Source of the DNA: Dehalococcoidia bacterium
GTDB lineage: Bacteria; Chloroflexota; Dehalococcoidia; Lucifugimonadales; JAGWBF01
Direction: 5' to 3'
DNA length: 64,000 nt
NCBI GenBank assembly: GCA_965197405.1
Contig: OZ240206.1
Location: forward strand, 1,408,179 to 1,472,178
Below, in pieces: positions 1 to 8,620 of the stretch. Every line of letters begins with the position of its first letter. Positions within the stretch are counted from its first letter, which is position 1. The position numbers and the translations under genes were made by a program. The notes beneath the pieces are model-generated. The model did not search any database. It was not told where the DNA came from and saw only the letters and a program-made list of their open reading frames with translations.

Positions 1-1188
1 AACCCGATGCACCCAAGGATAGTCCTCCTGCAACTCTTGGACCCGAATCGTCGATGCTTCCTGAACGCCACGCTTGATGCTGTCGTAATGAAGAGCAAAT
101 TCATGACTGGAATGCTGGTTGACGGTCTGTTCAGCAGCTTCCCGTAGAGCGGCAAGAAACGACCTTGGGCTAACCAACCCCTCCGTATCAGCCAAGTGGT
201 TAGGGATCCAAGTGTAAGGGAAACCTCGTTTGGGCCCACGGCCCATCCAGGGCCCTGCTAATTTGCGAAACAACTTCCGCTGCTGTGCCTCCCCAAGCAA
301 ATCGCGCTTCATTTGGAATACTGGCTGGGCGCCCACCTTACTAGAGTCCCAATAATCGCCACCAAGAAAGTGACGGATAAGGTCGCCATATTCACCATTC
401 GCAAGGTAATGCCAAAGCAATCCATAGAGTTCCCGGCGCGGCCAATTCAACCGCACAGTTGACGAAAGCACATTAGCGGCATCGGAGAAATTGGCTACCT
501 CAGTTTCATCGAGTTGGTCAGAACGGAGGAAAACCTTTACACGCAATCTGCGGTAAGAACGCATTTCAAGCGCGACCTGAAGCAAACCGCGAATCGCCCG
601 GTTCATGGCCCTCCAATCATCGGAACAGCGGTCCAAAGCATCGAACAAAATGAGAAAGTAAATTTTCTGCTGATCAAACTCCTCGTCCCGCTTATAAAAC
701 AGCCGGTCAATAATTTCCGGGTTGTCGTTCACGTATGCCACCCGGTCTGACCAAGAGTCTAGGTGATGAAGGGGATGAGCTTCGGTAGCCAGATGCCAAG
801 AGAGGACCGTCCGCCAAATAATTCGAGGCTCAATGCCATTTCCTTCCAGATGTTGCAGGACGTCCTTACTGGGGTAGTGGTCCGGCTCTGGATTAACGCC
901 AAAGCCTGTATGAACCTCAGTATCCGAGTTCAACGCCGACCTTCGGGAAACTATGCCAAATAATTGACGTACTTCCTCGCTCTGGAGCGCCCTCCACCAG
1001 AAAGTCTTACCAGCCCCTCGCATAGCGGTAATCACCATGTTGTTCGGGTCAAGAGCCCTTACATGGGACGGCGGAAAGTACACTTCTTGAACGAGAGGCG
1101 GTCCACCGTGACTTGTACCTTGAGGCAAACCGGCAAGCGCCTTGCGAACCGATTCAATGCATTCAGGATTCGTGTAGGTTTTCATCAT
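1..1188 (-). CDS. STAND/NACHT-like P-loop NTPase; 5' end complete, 3' end runs off the window (396 codons visible)
   Basis: My own reverse-strand translation: ATG at 1188-1186 and no stop down to base 1. It is absent from the supplied ORF track because no stop lies in the window. Walker A 'AMRGAGKTFWW' about 55 aa in; Walker B-like 'IYFLILFDALDRC', as in NACHT/STAND NTPases. Overlaps the upstream gene by 26 nt. Confidence 0.6.
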   Translation of the reverse strand, partial: MMKTYTNPECIESVRKALAGLPQGTSHGGPPLVQEVYFPPSHVRALDPNNMVITAMRGAGKTFWWRALQSEEVRQLFGIVSRRSALNSDTEVHTGFGVNPEPDHYPSKDVLQHLEGNGIEPRIIWRTVLSWHLATEAHPLHHLDSWSDRVAYVNDNPEIIDRLFYKRDEEFDQQKIYFLILFDALDRCSDDWRAMNRAIRGLLQVALEMRSYRRLRVKVFLRSDQLDETEVANFSDAANVLSSTVRLNWPRRELYGLLWHYLANGEYGDLIRHFLGGDYWDSSKVGAQPVFQMKRDLLGEAQQRKLFRKLAGPWMGRGPKRGFPYTWIPNHLADTEGLVSPRSFLAALREAAEQTVNQHSSHEFALHYDSIKRGVQEASTIRVQELQEDYPWVHRV

Positions 1189-1498
1189 GCACCTCAAAAT
1201 ATGTCACGGTGCCCTCGTACAACCCATCAAAACGCTCGAAGAATTCCTCGTATGCGCTGGCCGCAATGCCGAAATCGGAATCAACCAATGAGGTACCAGC
1301 AGCAAGCTCCGTCGACCATTTGATAACCAACGGAGTATGGGGTGCATCGCTATTATCCAAGTCGAATGAGAACTCGTCAACGTTAATGCTTACAGGGTCT
1401 ATTTCGTCGTAAAGATAGTCCCGAAACAGGTGCCAAGCCCTCTCTTTCAAATTGTTTAAATATGTCGAGGTGTCCAGGAAAGGAGTCAGTGCAGACAC
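1163..1498 (-). CDS. small acidic protein (111 aa), unknown function, third gene of the operon
   Basis: ORF in the track. Rich in D/E. Starts 21 nt after the upstream gene's stop, and its 3' end overlaps the NTPase start by 26 nt. No motif I recognise. Confidence 0.5.
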   Translation of the reverse strand: MSALTPFLDTSTYLNNLKERAWHLFRDYLYDEIDPVSINVDEFSFDLDNSDAPHTPLVIKWSTELAAGTSLVDSDFGIAASAYEEFFERFDGLYEGTVTYFEVHDENLHES

Positions 1499-1519
1499 AA
1501 CCGAAAGGCTTTCCCGAAT

Positions 1520-2479
1520 CTACGGAGCCAAACCTAAACGCTGCCAATGACGGAAAAGAATTTCGTAGTCCGTCCAGGTGCTCTCCGAATCTGTAAGGAA
1601 CAAGAAGACATGAGCACCAAGGTCAGTAACCGCAGAAGCTGCTATATCGTTTAGTCCGCTACGACTCTCCACCAGAATAACCGTAGGCGAATATTTCTCT
1701 TCAAGCCGGGACAGCATGCGCTCCAGACGCATGGTCCAACTCTCACCGGAATCCATGAAAACTCTTCCCAATTTGGGGAGATACTCCCCCGGCTCGCATC
1801 CATGCGCAGGTACCACCCGGACATCTCCTTCCAAATTTTGGGCCCACTCTGGGGCACCAACCATAGAGGCGATGACCTGGTCACTCTGTCCTACCAAATC
1901 CTCTACGAACCAGTCGGTAACACCGTACTCGGGCTGAGTTGAGGATTCAAGCATTGCTGAAGATAAACCGGGCGATTCCAAGTCAAGGTCAACGACCATT
2001 ACATCCGCCCCTTTACTAGCTAAGTACCACGCGAGAACCGCTGCAGTAGTGCTGCGCCCAACTCCGCCCTTGACCGAAAACAACGTGAAGCGAGATGCAC
2101 CTTCCAAAGAATCGGTGGCACGGATAGTCCCCCATGCCTGACCAGTCACCAGTCGGTCAACCAAATACACATTCTGGTATATTTCAAGCGCGTTATTGGA
2201 AAGTTCGCCAAGAACTTCAACGTCAGAATACAGAACTGCCGAGTCAGACGAACTTGCACGTGGACCCAGAACGGCAGCTAAATCCTTGGCAAACCCTTGC
2301 AGGTTCTGCTGTATTTCTTCGGAATCTTCGAAAACGTCAGACACAGCGATATGCAATATACCAAACAGGTCGCGTACCAAGAAGATGCGGTCCACGCCAT
2401 CCGGAAGGCCCCCGGCTTTTCCCAAAAGCTCCTCGACACGTCCCAAAAGGCTATCGAATGAAACGAAGCTTAGGCTCAT
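1520..2479 (-). CDS. ParA/MinD-like ATPase with variant deviant Walker A 'KGGVGRST' and a ~130-aa N-terminal extension
   Basis: 'FSVKGGVGRSTTAAVLAWYLASKGADVMVVDLDLESPG' is the ParA/MinD deviant Walker A context, with Arg where the canonical GK[ST] Lys sits. 'ILVESRSG' is a Walker B-like strand. The start overlaps the upstream gene's stop (ATGA at 2476-2479). Confidence 0.75.
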   Translation of the reverse strand: MSLSFVSFDSLLGRVEELLGKAGGLPDGVDRIFLVRDLFGILHIAVSDVFEDSEEIQQNLQGFAKDLAAVLGPRASSSDSAVLYSDVEVLGELSNNALEIYQNVYLVDRLVTGQAWGTIRATDSLEGASRFTLFSVKGGVGRSTTAAVLAWYLASKGADVMVVDLDLESPGLSSAMLESSTQPEYGVTDWFVEDLVGQSDQVIASMVGAPEWAQNLEGDVRVVPAHGCEPGEYLPKLGRVFMDSGESWTMRLERMLSRLEEKYSPTVILVESRSGLNDIAASAVTDLGAHVFLFLTDSESTWTDYEILFRHWQRLGLAP

Positions 2480-2898
2480 AACAACCCCACCATTTGCGCC
2501 TTCTTCAAAAGGTTAAGCACTTTATTTGCTGCATCGCGGTGCGCGACAGTTTCGCTCTCGGTGATGCCCTGTTGGTGAGCATATCGGTCGTGCTCGGTCC
2601 AGTTGGCGAACGGCACACCCTTAGGCAAATTTGTAACATACCAACTTCCAACACGTCCTTGAGCGAATGACTGGAATTCTGGCCAAAGCTTGTTCACATG
2701 TCTTCGGTATTTGAATTTCTTAGGACTACCAGATGCATCAAGCTGCATACCCAATTTTGCCATCACAGCTTTCAAACCACATTCGACGCTAATCCCGTAT
2801 AGATGATCGGCGTTAGCCCACCGTGAATTGAGAAAAAGCATTTCCGCATCTACCCAGTGACGGCTATTAGCGTCCTTAAAATCCGCAGAGCGTGCCAT
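2476..2898 (-). CDS. small all-helical protein, HEPN-like (tentative), first gene of the operon
   Basis: 140 aa. Pattern 'HWVDAEMLF...NADHLYGISVECGLKA...YRRHVNKLW...HDRYAHQQGITESETVAHRDAANKVLNLLKK' resembles the HEPN helical layout, but no clean Rx4-6H motif is present. GGAGG lies 9 nt upstream of the ATG. Confidence 0.45.
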   Translation of the reverse strand: MARSADFKDANSRHWVDAEMLFLNSRWANADHLYGISVECGLKAVMAKLGMQLDASGSPKKFKYRRHVNKLWPEFQSFAQGRVGSWYVTNLPKGVPFANWTEHDRYAHQQGITESETVAHRDAANKVLNLLKKAQMVGLL

Positions 2899-3146
2899 CC
2901 TGGCTTGCCTCCAAATGAATTTTCACTATCAAACTCGCAAGAGGGCACCGATTCCCATACAGTAACACAGTAACCAAATCCATAAAAGGCATTCGCTCAA
3001 GCGAATCGTTTAAGAGTAGGATGCCAGCAGCAATGACATGACCTTACCCTGAAGTTAGTACCAATGGCTAGTAGGCCAACATCTTTGAAATGATGACTGA
3101 CTGGTTTATTCTGTCAAGCGGCTTTGCACCAAAAGTCGAGTTTGCT

Positions 3147-3184
3147 CGTGACTTTTAGTTCAGGTTGGTGACTTTTGATTCAAG
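3147..3184. promoter_or_regulatory. two direct repeats GTGACTTTT(A/G)(G/A)TTCA(G/A)G spaced 20 bp; possible operator
   Basis: 'cgtgacttttagttcagg' (3147-3164) and 'ggtgacttttgattcaag' (3167-3184) lie in the divergent intergenic region, between the four-gene operon and a small ORF. Confidence 0.2.
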
Positions 3185-3214
3185 TGATGTACTGGAGAAA
3201 GGAGTGAGGTAGCT

Positions 3215-3454
3215 ATGTCAGAAGCTAAGCAACCCGAGCTAGAAGAAGGGGAAATTAGAGAAACAATGTGGTCTATAGTTGACGGTCGCTTGGTGGCTTC
3301 AATTCCCGACTTCGTTCACAAGCATACTTATACCAATCAAGAAGTAAGTCGGCTAATAGACTCCATGCAGTCCCGTGTATGTACGATGCACGGTCACTTG
3401 TTGGTGGCCTTGCAGTTAGTATCACAACTTGTGTCTGAGTTGGGTTACAGGTAA
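3215..3454 (+). CDS. small hypothetical protein (79 aa)
   Basis: Strong RBS 'GGAGAAAGGAGTGAGG' just upstream of the ATG. No recognisable domain. An antisense ORF (3273-3566) with its own GGAGG competes, so the coding strand is uncertain. Confidence 0.3.
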   Translation: MSEAKQPELEEGEIRETMWSIVDGRLVASIPDFVHKHTYTNQEVSRLIDSMQSRVCTMHGHLLVALQLVSQLVSELGYR

Positions 3455-3566
3455 ATCGGGCTTCAAGGGATTTCTCATCATAAGGAACAATGTGATCCAG
3501 ATTCATCTTCGGATGGTGTCTCGACATAACGCACCTCCAGAACGTAGGTGCATTATAGCACACCAC

Positions 3567-4489
3567 TTAGTAACTATCTCAAATTAGCGAGGCTCCATAG
3601 GCGGCGGTACCAGATAAGGGCGCAAGCCAATTGAAGCAGGCCCAGGTAATTGGTGGGCTTCTTATCGTAGCGCACCAGTATCGCCCGGCACTTGGACAGC
3701 CAGCCCAGGGTGCGTTCCACCACCCACCGCCGGGCCGGGTGGGTTTTCTCGCCCGATTGGTCCAATTTCTCTTCGCCAATACGCCGGATATGAGGCTGGT
3801 ATCCGGCGTCGGCGACGGTCACGTGGCCGGTGGGATTGTCATACCCCTTGTCCAGGCACAGGTTTTGGACCCCTTCCGGCCGGTCCACCACTATGCTCTC
3901 CAGCGTCGGCCTAAGGAGTTTCGTATCGTGGACATTGGCTCCGGCCACCACCACGCTCAGTGGCCCGCCGGCCGCGTCGACCAGGATGCTCTTCTTGCTC
4001 CCAGCCTTGCCCCGGTCCGTGGGATTGCGTCCAATGGCGCCCCCCCAAAACGCGCTTTTCCCATGGAGCAATCGGCCGACTGCCATTCCCAGTTTACGCC
4101 GTCCAATTCCTGGCATTCTTCGATCAAGGCAGCCCAGATGCCATCCAGTACCCCACGCTCTACCCAACGCTGGAAGGTCCGGTGGATGGTGCTGTCATCC
4201 CCCAGTTCCTTGGGCAAGTGGTTCCATTGGCAGGAACTGCGCATACGGAAGATGACCCCTTCCAGCATCTTGCGCTGGTCCACCCTTTTGCGCCCCTTCG
4301 CCTTGGGCGGGTCCAACTCCAAAATCACGGGTTCGATTCGCTCCCACAGGCCATCGGATATTTCCCATATCGTTGGCAGAGTCTCGCTCTTTCCCATCAT
4401 CCACCACCACATGCGTTTCCCCTATCTTAACCGAACCCCCTACGTTTTCTCCCTTTCAGACCAATCCTATTTTGAGATAGTTTCTTAGT
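3567..4489 (-). mobile_element. IS5-family insertion sequence (two-ORF, frameshift type), copy 1
   Basis: Imperfect terminal inverted repeats 'cttagtaactatctcaaa' (left) and 'tttgagatagtttcttag' (right). Encloses an orfA/orfB transposase. A related copy lies at 17852-20024. Confidence 0.8.
3574..4412 (-). CDS. IS5-family DDE transposase, orfA (3957-4412) plus orfB (3574-4167), joined by a frameshift at a C7/G7 run
   Basis: orfA 'LWERIEPVILELDPPKAKGRKRVDQRKMLEGVIFRMRSSCQWNHLP' is the typical IS5/IS427-type N-terminus. orfB 'VVVAGANVHD...LCLDKGYD...RRWVVERTLGWL...RYDK' carries the DDE region. Confidence 0.8.
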
Positions 4490-4876
4490 CAGCGCATAGT
4501 AGTCAGCCTGACTAAAGCTGTGCGCCATGGTAGGGAGAATTGGGTCGGTACGGTTGTAAACGTATTCGATTGACTCCTGATCAATCCACACATGCCAGTC
4601 CACAAGGCTGTTGTACGCAATTCCTACAATGCTTCGCCGTTCGTCAACTCGGATATCCCGCAGTCTTCGTTCGGCCGGTAAGAACGACAGCACCGCAGCA
4701 TTGTCCAGGCCATGCTCGACTACAAGGCTGGCTGTCGATAGAGCGCTATGCGTTTCGATGAAGTCGTTCGGGCGCCAGCCGAATTCAATCGAGAAGTCTC
4801 TGGTCAAGTCCCGTCTTTGGCCGGTCGGTACGTCCCGTTCGGTCAAGGCGTGTACAAGTTCAAGCGCGGAGCGCAC
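4427..4876 (-). CDS. hypothetical protein whose 3' end is replaced by IS sequence (native part 4490-4876)
   Basis: The ORF reads through the IS terminal repeat ('...YYALTKKLSQNRIGL...'). No motif recognised. Confidence 0.4.
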   Translation of the reverse strand: MRSALELVHALTERDVPTGQRRDLTRDFSIEFGWRPNDFIETHSALSTASLVVEHGLDNAAVLSFLPAERRLRDIRVDERRSIVGIAYNSLVDWHVWIDQESIEYVYNRTDPILPTMAHSFSQADYYALTKKLSQNRIGLKGRKRRGFG

Positions 4877-5277
4877 GTAGGCTACCTCCCTGACTCGGGG
4901 TAATGGCGTGGGGTGTGACCATATAATACATCAGTTGCGTCCTTTGAGATAGACATACCTTCCAGGTTACAGCCGAATCGGGAGGACTCGACCCAGTGCG
5001 GCGGGCTGCACAGCAGTTTGAGTTGGGTGACGAAGTGGATGCGGGGGAGATCTCGTAGCTGTCGCAGGGGCAACCAGACCTCTATAGGACGGAAGCAGTG
5101 AACACCTTGCCGCAAAGGTGCGTTCCGGCCAGAACCGGTGAGTGGCGATGGATGGTGGGGGCAGACCGGGCTGCAAATCGGCTGGTGCGGCGGGAAACGC
5201 GGCGCAAAGGTCAATTGATGTGCCTGTGCATGTCCTGGGCCTACGGCGCTGCCCCTACCTCAGCACAAACCACCACA

Positions 5278-7125
5278 CTAGAAATCTGGCCGGAAAGTGG
5301 CGTCAGCCGGGTAAGCGGCTATACTTGTGGGAAACAAGTATAACGGGGGCTGAGAATGCTGGGAGAGCGTTCGAACCAGAGAGGTCTTTGGGAAGCGGAT
5401 AGTTTGTATTTGGACCACGTGGGGCGTGATAGCTTCTACGGTATATTGGCCTCGTTGCGGGGCCAGTTGTTTCGAGACTCCGATTTCGCCGTGTTGTACT
5501 GCGCCGACAACGGGCGGGACAGCGTACCGCCCAGCCTGCTGGCTACCGTTTTGCTGCTACAGGCTCATGATCGGGTGAGCGACGCCGAGGCCAAGGCGAG
5601 GGCGGACTTTGACCTCCGCTGGAAGGTAGCCCTGGGGATCGAGGTGGAGGATAGGCCCTTCGCCAAGAGTACGCTGCAAGTGTTTCGTGCGGGGTTGATA
5701 CTGCACGACAAAGTGCGGGAGGTATTCGAGCGTAGTCTGAAATTGGCGCGTGAATCAGGATACCTCAAGGGGAAACGCATGAAGGTGGCCTTGGACACGA
5801 CCAACATCCTCGGCCGCGGCGCTGTGAAGGACACCTACAATCTGCTGTCGGACGGGATCGTCCGGCTGGCGCGAGCGCTGGCGCAGCTAAGGGGAATCAG
5901 CGTTGGGGAATGGGCGAAGAGCCAGGGATACGCGCGTACCTGGCTTCCAGCGTCAAAGGAGAGGCGGCCATAGACTGGGCCGACCGGCAGGCCCGGGCAG
6001 CGCTGTTGGCTGGGATTGTGGAAGACGCGGACCGGCTATTGGAGTTGTCGCGGCAGGCGCAGGGGGAATTGGCAGAAGACAGCTCTGAGCATCAGCGGAT
6101 TGTGGCCGCGTCGGAACTGCTGGGCCAGTTGCTGCTACAGGACGTGGAACGGACTGAAGGCGGAGCGGACTTGAGGGATGGGGTGAGCCGGGACCGCATC
6201 TTGTCGGTGCATGACCCGGAGATGCGCCACAGCCACAAGAGCAGCAGCCGACGGTTCGATGGACACAAGGCGGCGGTGGTGGTGGACACCGACTCTCAGT
6301 TGATCACTGCGGTGGACGTATTGCCCGGCAATGCTGCGGACAGTCTGGGCGCGCTGGAACTGGTGGAACAGAGCGAAGCGAGCACCGGGATACCGGTGGA
6401 GGAGGCCATGGGTGATGCTGCGTACGGGGGTGGCGATACTCGCCAGACCTTCGCCGATGCGGGACGCAGGCTGGTGGCCAAGACGCCAGGGCGTCCCAAC
6501 CGGACTCATTTTCCCAAGGACGACTTCCGGATTGACTTTGGAGTCGGGCTCCTGCACCTGTCCGGCGGGGAATGTTACCCGAACCATGCTGCCAACGAGG
6601 AAACGAAACGACCATTTGGACCGGACCTATAGTTTCTTCCGATTCGATGCGGCGGTTTGTGGAGCGTGCCAGCTGCGGCCCCAGTGCGTTGCGGCGGGAC
6701 CGGGCACAGGCCGGACGGTGCGGCTGCATCCCCAGGAAACGCTATTGCAGCAGGCCCACGCCTTACAGCAGAGTGAGGCCTTTACCGGATACCGTAGACG
6801 CCGTGTGGTCGTTGAGCATCGGTTGGCGCGGCTGGTCCAGCTCGGAATCCGCCAGTCCCGCTACTTCGGACGCGCCAAGACACTATTCCAGCTGTACCTG
6901 GCGGCTACGGTCGCTAATCTGACCCTGGTGGCCGCCAAAGCCGGCATGACCGGTGAAACCGGCTCCGGTCCAAGTTCCGACAGCATCCTGGTAACTCGCA
7001 TCGTTAGCTCCGCCGCCAATACCGGTGCCGCGTGGCTCAGGCAAATTTGGACACTCACTTTGCTCGCGCCGGTCTTACTGCCACATTACCCCTTCCCTAC
7101 AAGGGGTTTCCGTCCGAGTTTCTAG
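5278..7125 (+). mobile_element. IS1182-like (IS5-superfamily) element, degenerate
   Basis: Imperfect terminal inverted repeats: 'ctagaaatctggccggaaag' at 5278 and 'gtttccgtccgagtttctag' ending at 7125. The transposase is broken over three frames. Confidence 0.65.
5356..7125 (+). pseudogene. IS1182-like transposase, disrupted by two frameshifts (ORFs 5356-5973, 5910-6632, 6331-7125)
   Basis: N-terminal 'DSVPPSLLATVLLLQAHDRVSDAEAKARADFDLRWKVALG' (transposase N-terminal domain). Middle 'GHKAAVVVDTDSQLITAVDVLPGNAADS...GDAAYG' (DDE). C-terminal 'YRRRRVVVEHRLARLVQLGIRQSRYFGRAKT'. Each part is in a different frame. Confidence 0.75.
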
Positions 7126-8007
7126 GAGTCTGCCGATCAGCAGCGTCAACAGCACGAAGGCGATCACGCGGGCCGCGATAAGCCCCTCCTTCGTCTCCTC
7201 GTGCGCGGCTCGCTCCTTCCGGTATGCCTCCTCCATCTCCTCATACGCCCGTCCGCTGGCGGACGCGGACTCCCTGACATCATCCCTCTCCCGCTCCAAC
7301 TCCGATGCTCGCCCATCCAACTCCCACACCGTCCTCTGAAGCTTGTCCTCCCGAACAAGGGACCGGCGAAGCAACTCATCGTCGCTCACGTACTCCGGCC
7401 CCTCCAGCCGCACGTAGACCCGGCGTCCCTCCCTGCGGACCTCGATCTTTCCCCTGCGAATCATCCGGTCGAGGGTTGAGACGGAGACCTCCATCTCCCG
7501 AACAGCCTCCGCCTTCGTCACCCAGCGGACCTGCTCATCCATCGCTCTTTTCCTCGCCCTGCGACTGACGCCTCCGCCTCCAGTTGAACAGACGCAGACC
7601 CCGCCCCTCAGCGTCGGGCGCATCCGCCGACTCTCCTGGCCCCCGGCTTCGTCCTCGGGCTTCTGTGCCGCCTCCAAGGCCTCCACGCGCTGCGTCAGAC
7701 TCTCCACCAGCGCCGCCAGCTCGTCCGCCACTTCGAGCGCCACCTGTATCCTCGCCTCCAACCTGTCTAGCGGTGTCGTCCTCTCCCACTCCGGATCGTC
7801 CAGGTTGGCCATGAGCCGCCGGACAGCCAGATTCATCCTGCCCGTCAACCGCTCCCGGCGCAGAGCCAGCGCCACCGTTTTCCGGTTCACACCCAGGAGG
7901 GCTGCCGTCTTGCGTTGTCCTTCCCGCTCGACCAGCCACTCAACGACCCACTTGAGGTCGGGCCTATCGTCGTCGGCCCTAGATGCCCGTCCGTCACTCA
8001 TTTCCAT
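7075..8007 (-). CDS. HTH (excisionase/MerR-like) DNA-binding protein with coiled coil and C-terminal hydrophobic segment; the 3' tail is IS-derived
   Basis: Two HTH-like segments ('TAALLGVNRKTVALAL' and 'VTKAEAVREMEVSVSTLDRMIRRGKIEV'). The last ~17 codons (7075-7125) lie inside the IS1182-like right end. Confidence 0.5.
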   Translation of the reverse strand: MEMSDGRASRADDDRPDLKWVVEWLVEREGQRKTAALLGVNRKTVALALRRERLTGRMNLAVRRLMANLDDPEWERTTPLDRLEARIQVALEVADELAALVESLTQRVEALEAAQKPEDEAGGQESRRMRPTLRGGVCVCSTGGGGVSRRARKRAMDEQVRWVTKAEAVREMEVSVSTLDRMIRRGKIEVRREGRRVYVRLEGPEYVSDDELLRRSLVREDKLQRTVWELDGRASELERERDDVRESASASGRAYEEMEEAYRKERAAHEETKEGLIAARVIAFVLLTLLIGRLLETRTETPCREGVMWQ

Positions 8008-8620
8008 CCTCTACAGGGGTGGCCCGCTTTTGCAAGTTCATCCACTTTTCGCCGGAACCAGCCCTATATTCAAAGTGTTCACTCGTTCTCGCCAGTTTCC
8101 TCCAAATGTGGCGCAAATCCCTAGCTGGCTGGCCCAGGATGTCCGTTTCTGCCCGCCCCCCAAATTCGCGTCGCCCTCCCCCACATCGTTTCGCGCCAAA
8201 ACCGATGGGCCAAACTGGGCCGCGGATGCCGCCGACACGCCAAATCCTGCCCCGATCAGCTCTGTGGACGCGCCGGACAGGTTCAGCCATAGCTAGTTCC
8301 CTCACTTTCGGATGACACGTCAGGGTTGCAAAAGTGCAATCAGGCCATAGTCGAAGGGGCGATTTAGTTTAGCATGGCTTCCCACTCACTTGCATTTTGG
8401 GGCGCTGACCAGTCAGAGGGTCTGTCAGCCCATTTCGTAGCTGAATCAGGGGTAAATGGGGCGGTTTGCGGCCTTTGAAGACCTCGCCGACAGGCCAGGA
8501 TGTACCGTTTTGTACCCCCCAGACAGCAAAGAGGGAAGATAGGGACGATACGTCCCTATCTATTCCCCCCTACAGGACTCTGACGCATCCGGTGGTAGAG
8601 CGAGTCCCACTGGTAGGCTC

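Noticed and set aside
3273-3566. A minus-strand 97-aa ORF, with an internal ATG preceded by TATAAT and GGAGG, antisense to the 3215-3454 ORF.
   Set aside because: It has no recognisable motif and overlaps the equally unsupported plus-strand ORF. I cannot decide between them, so it is not called as a feature.
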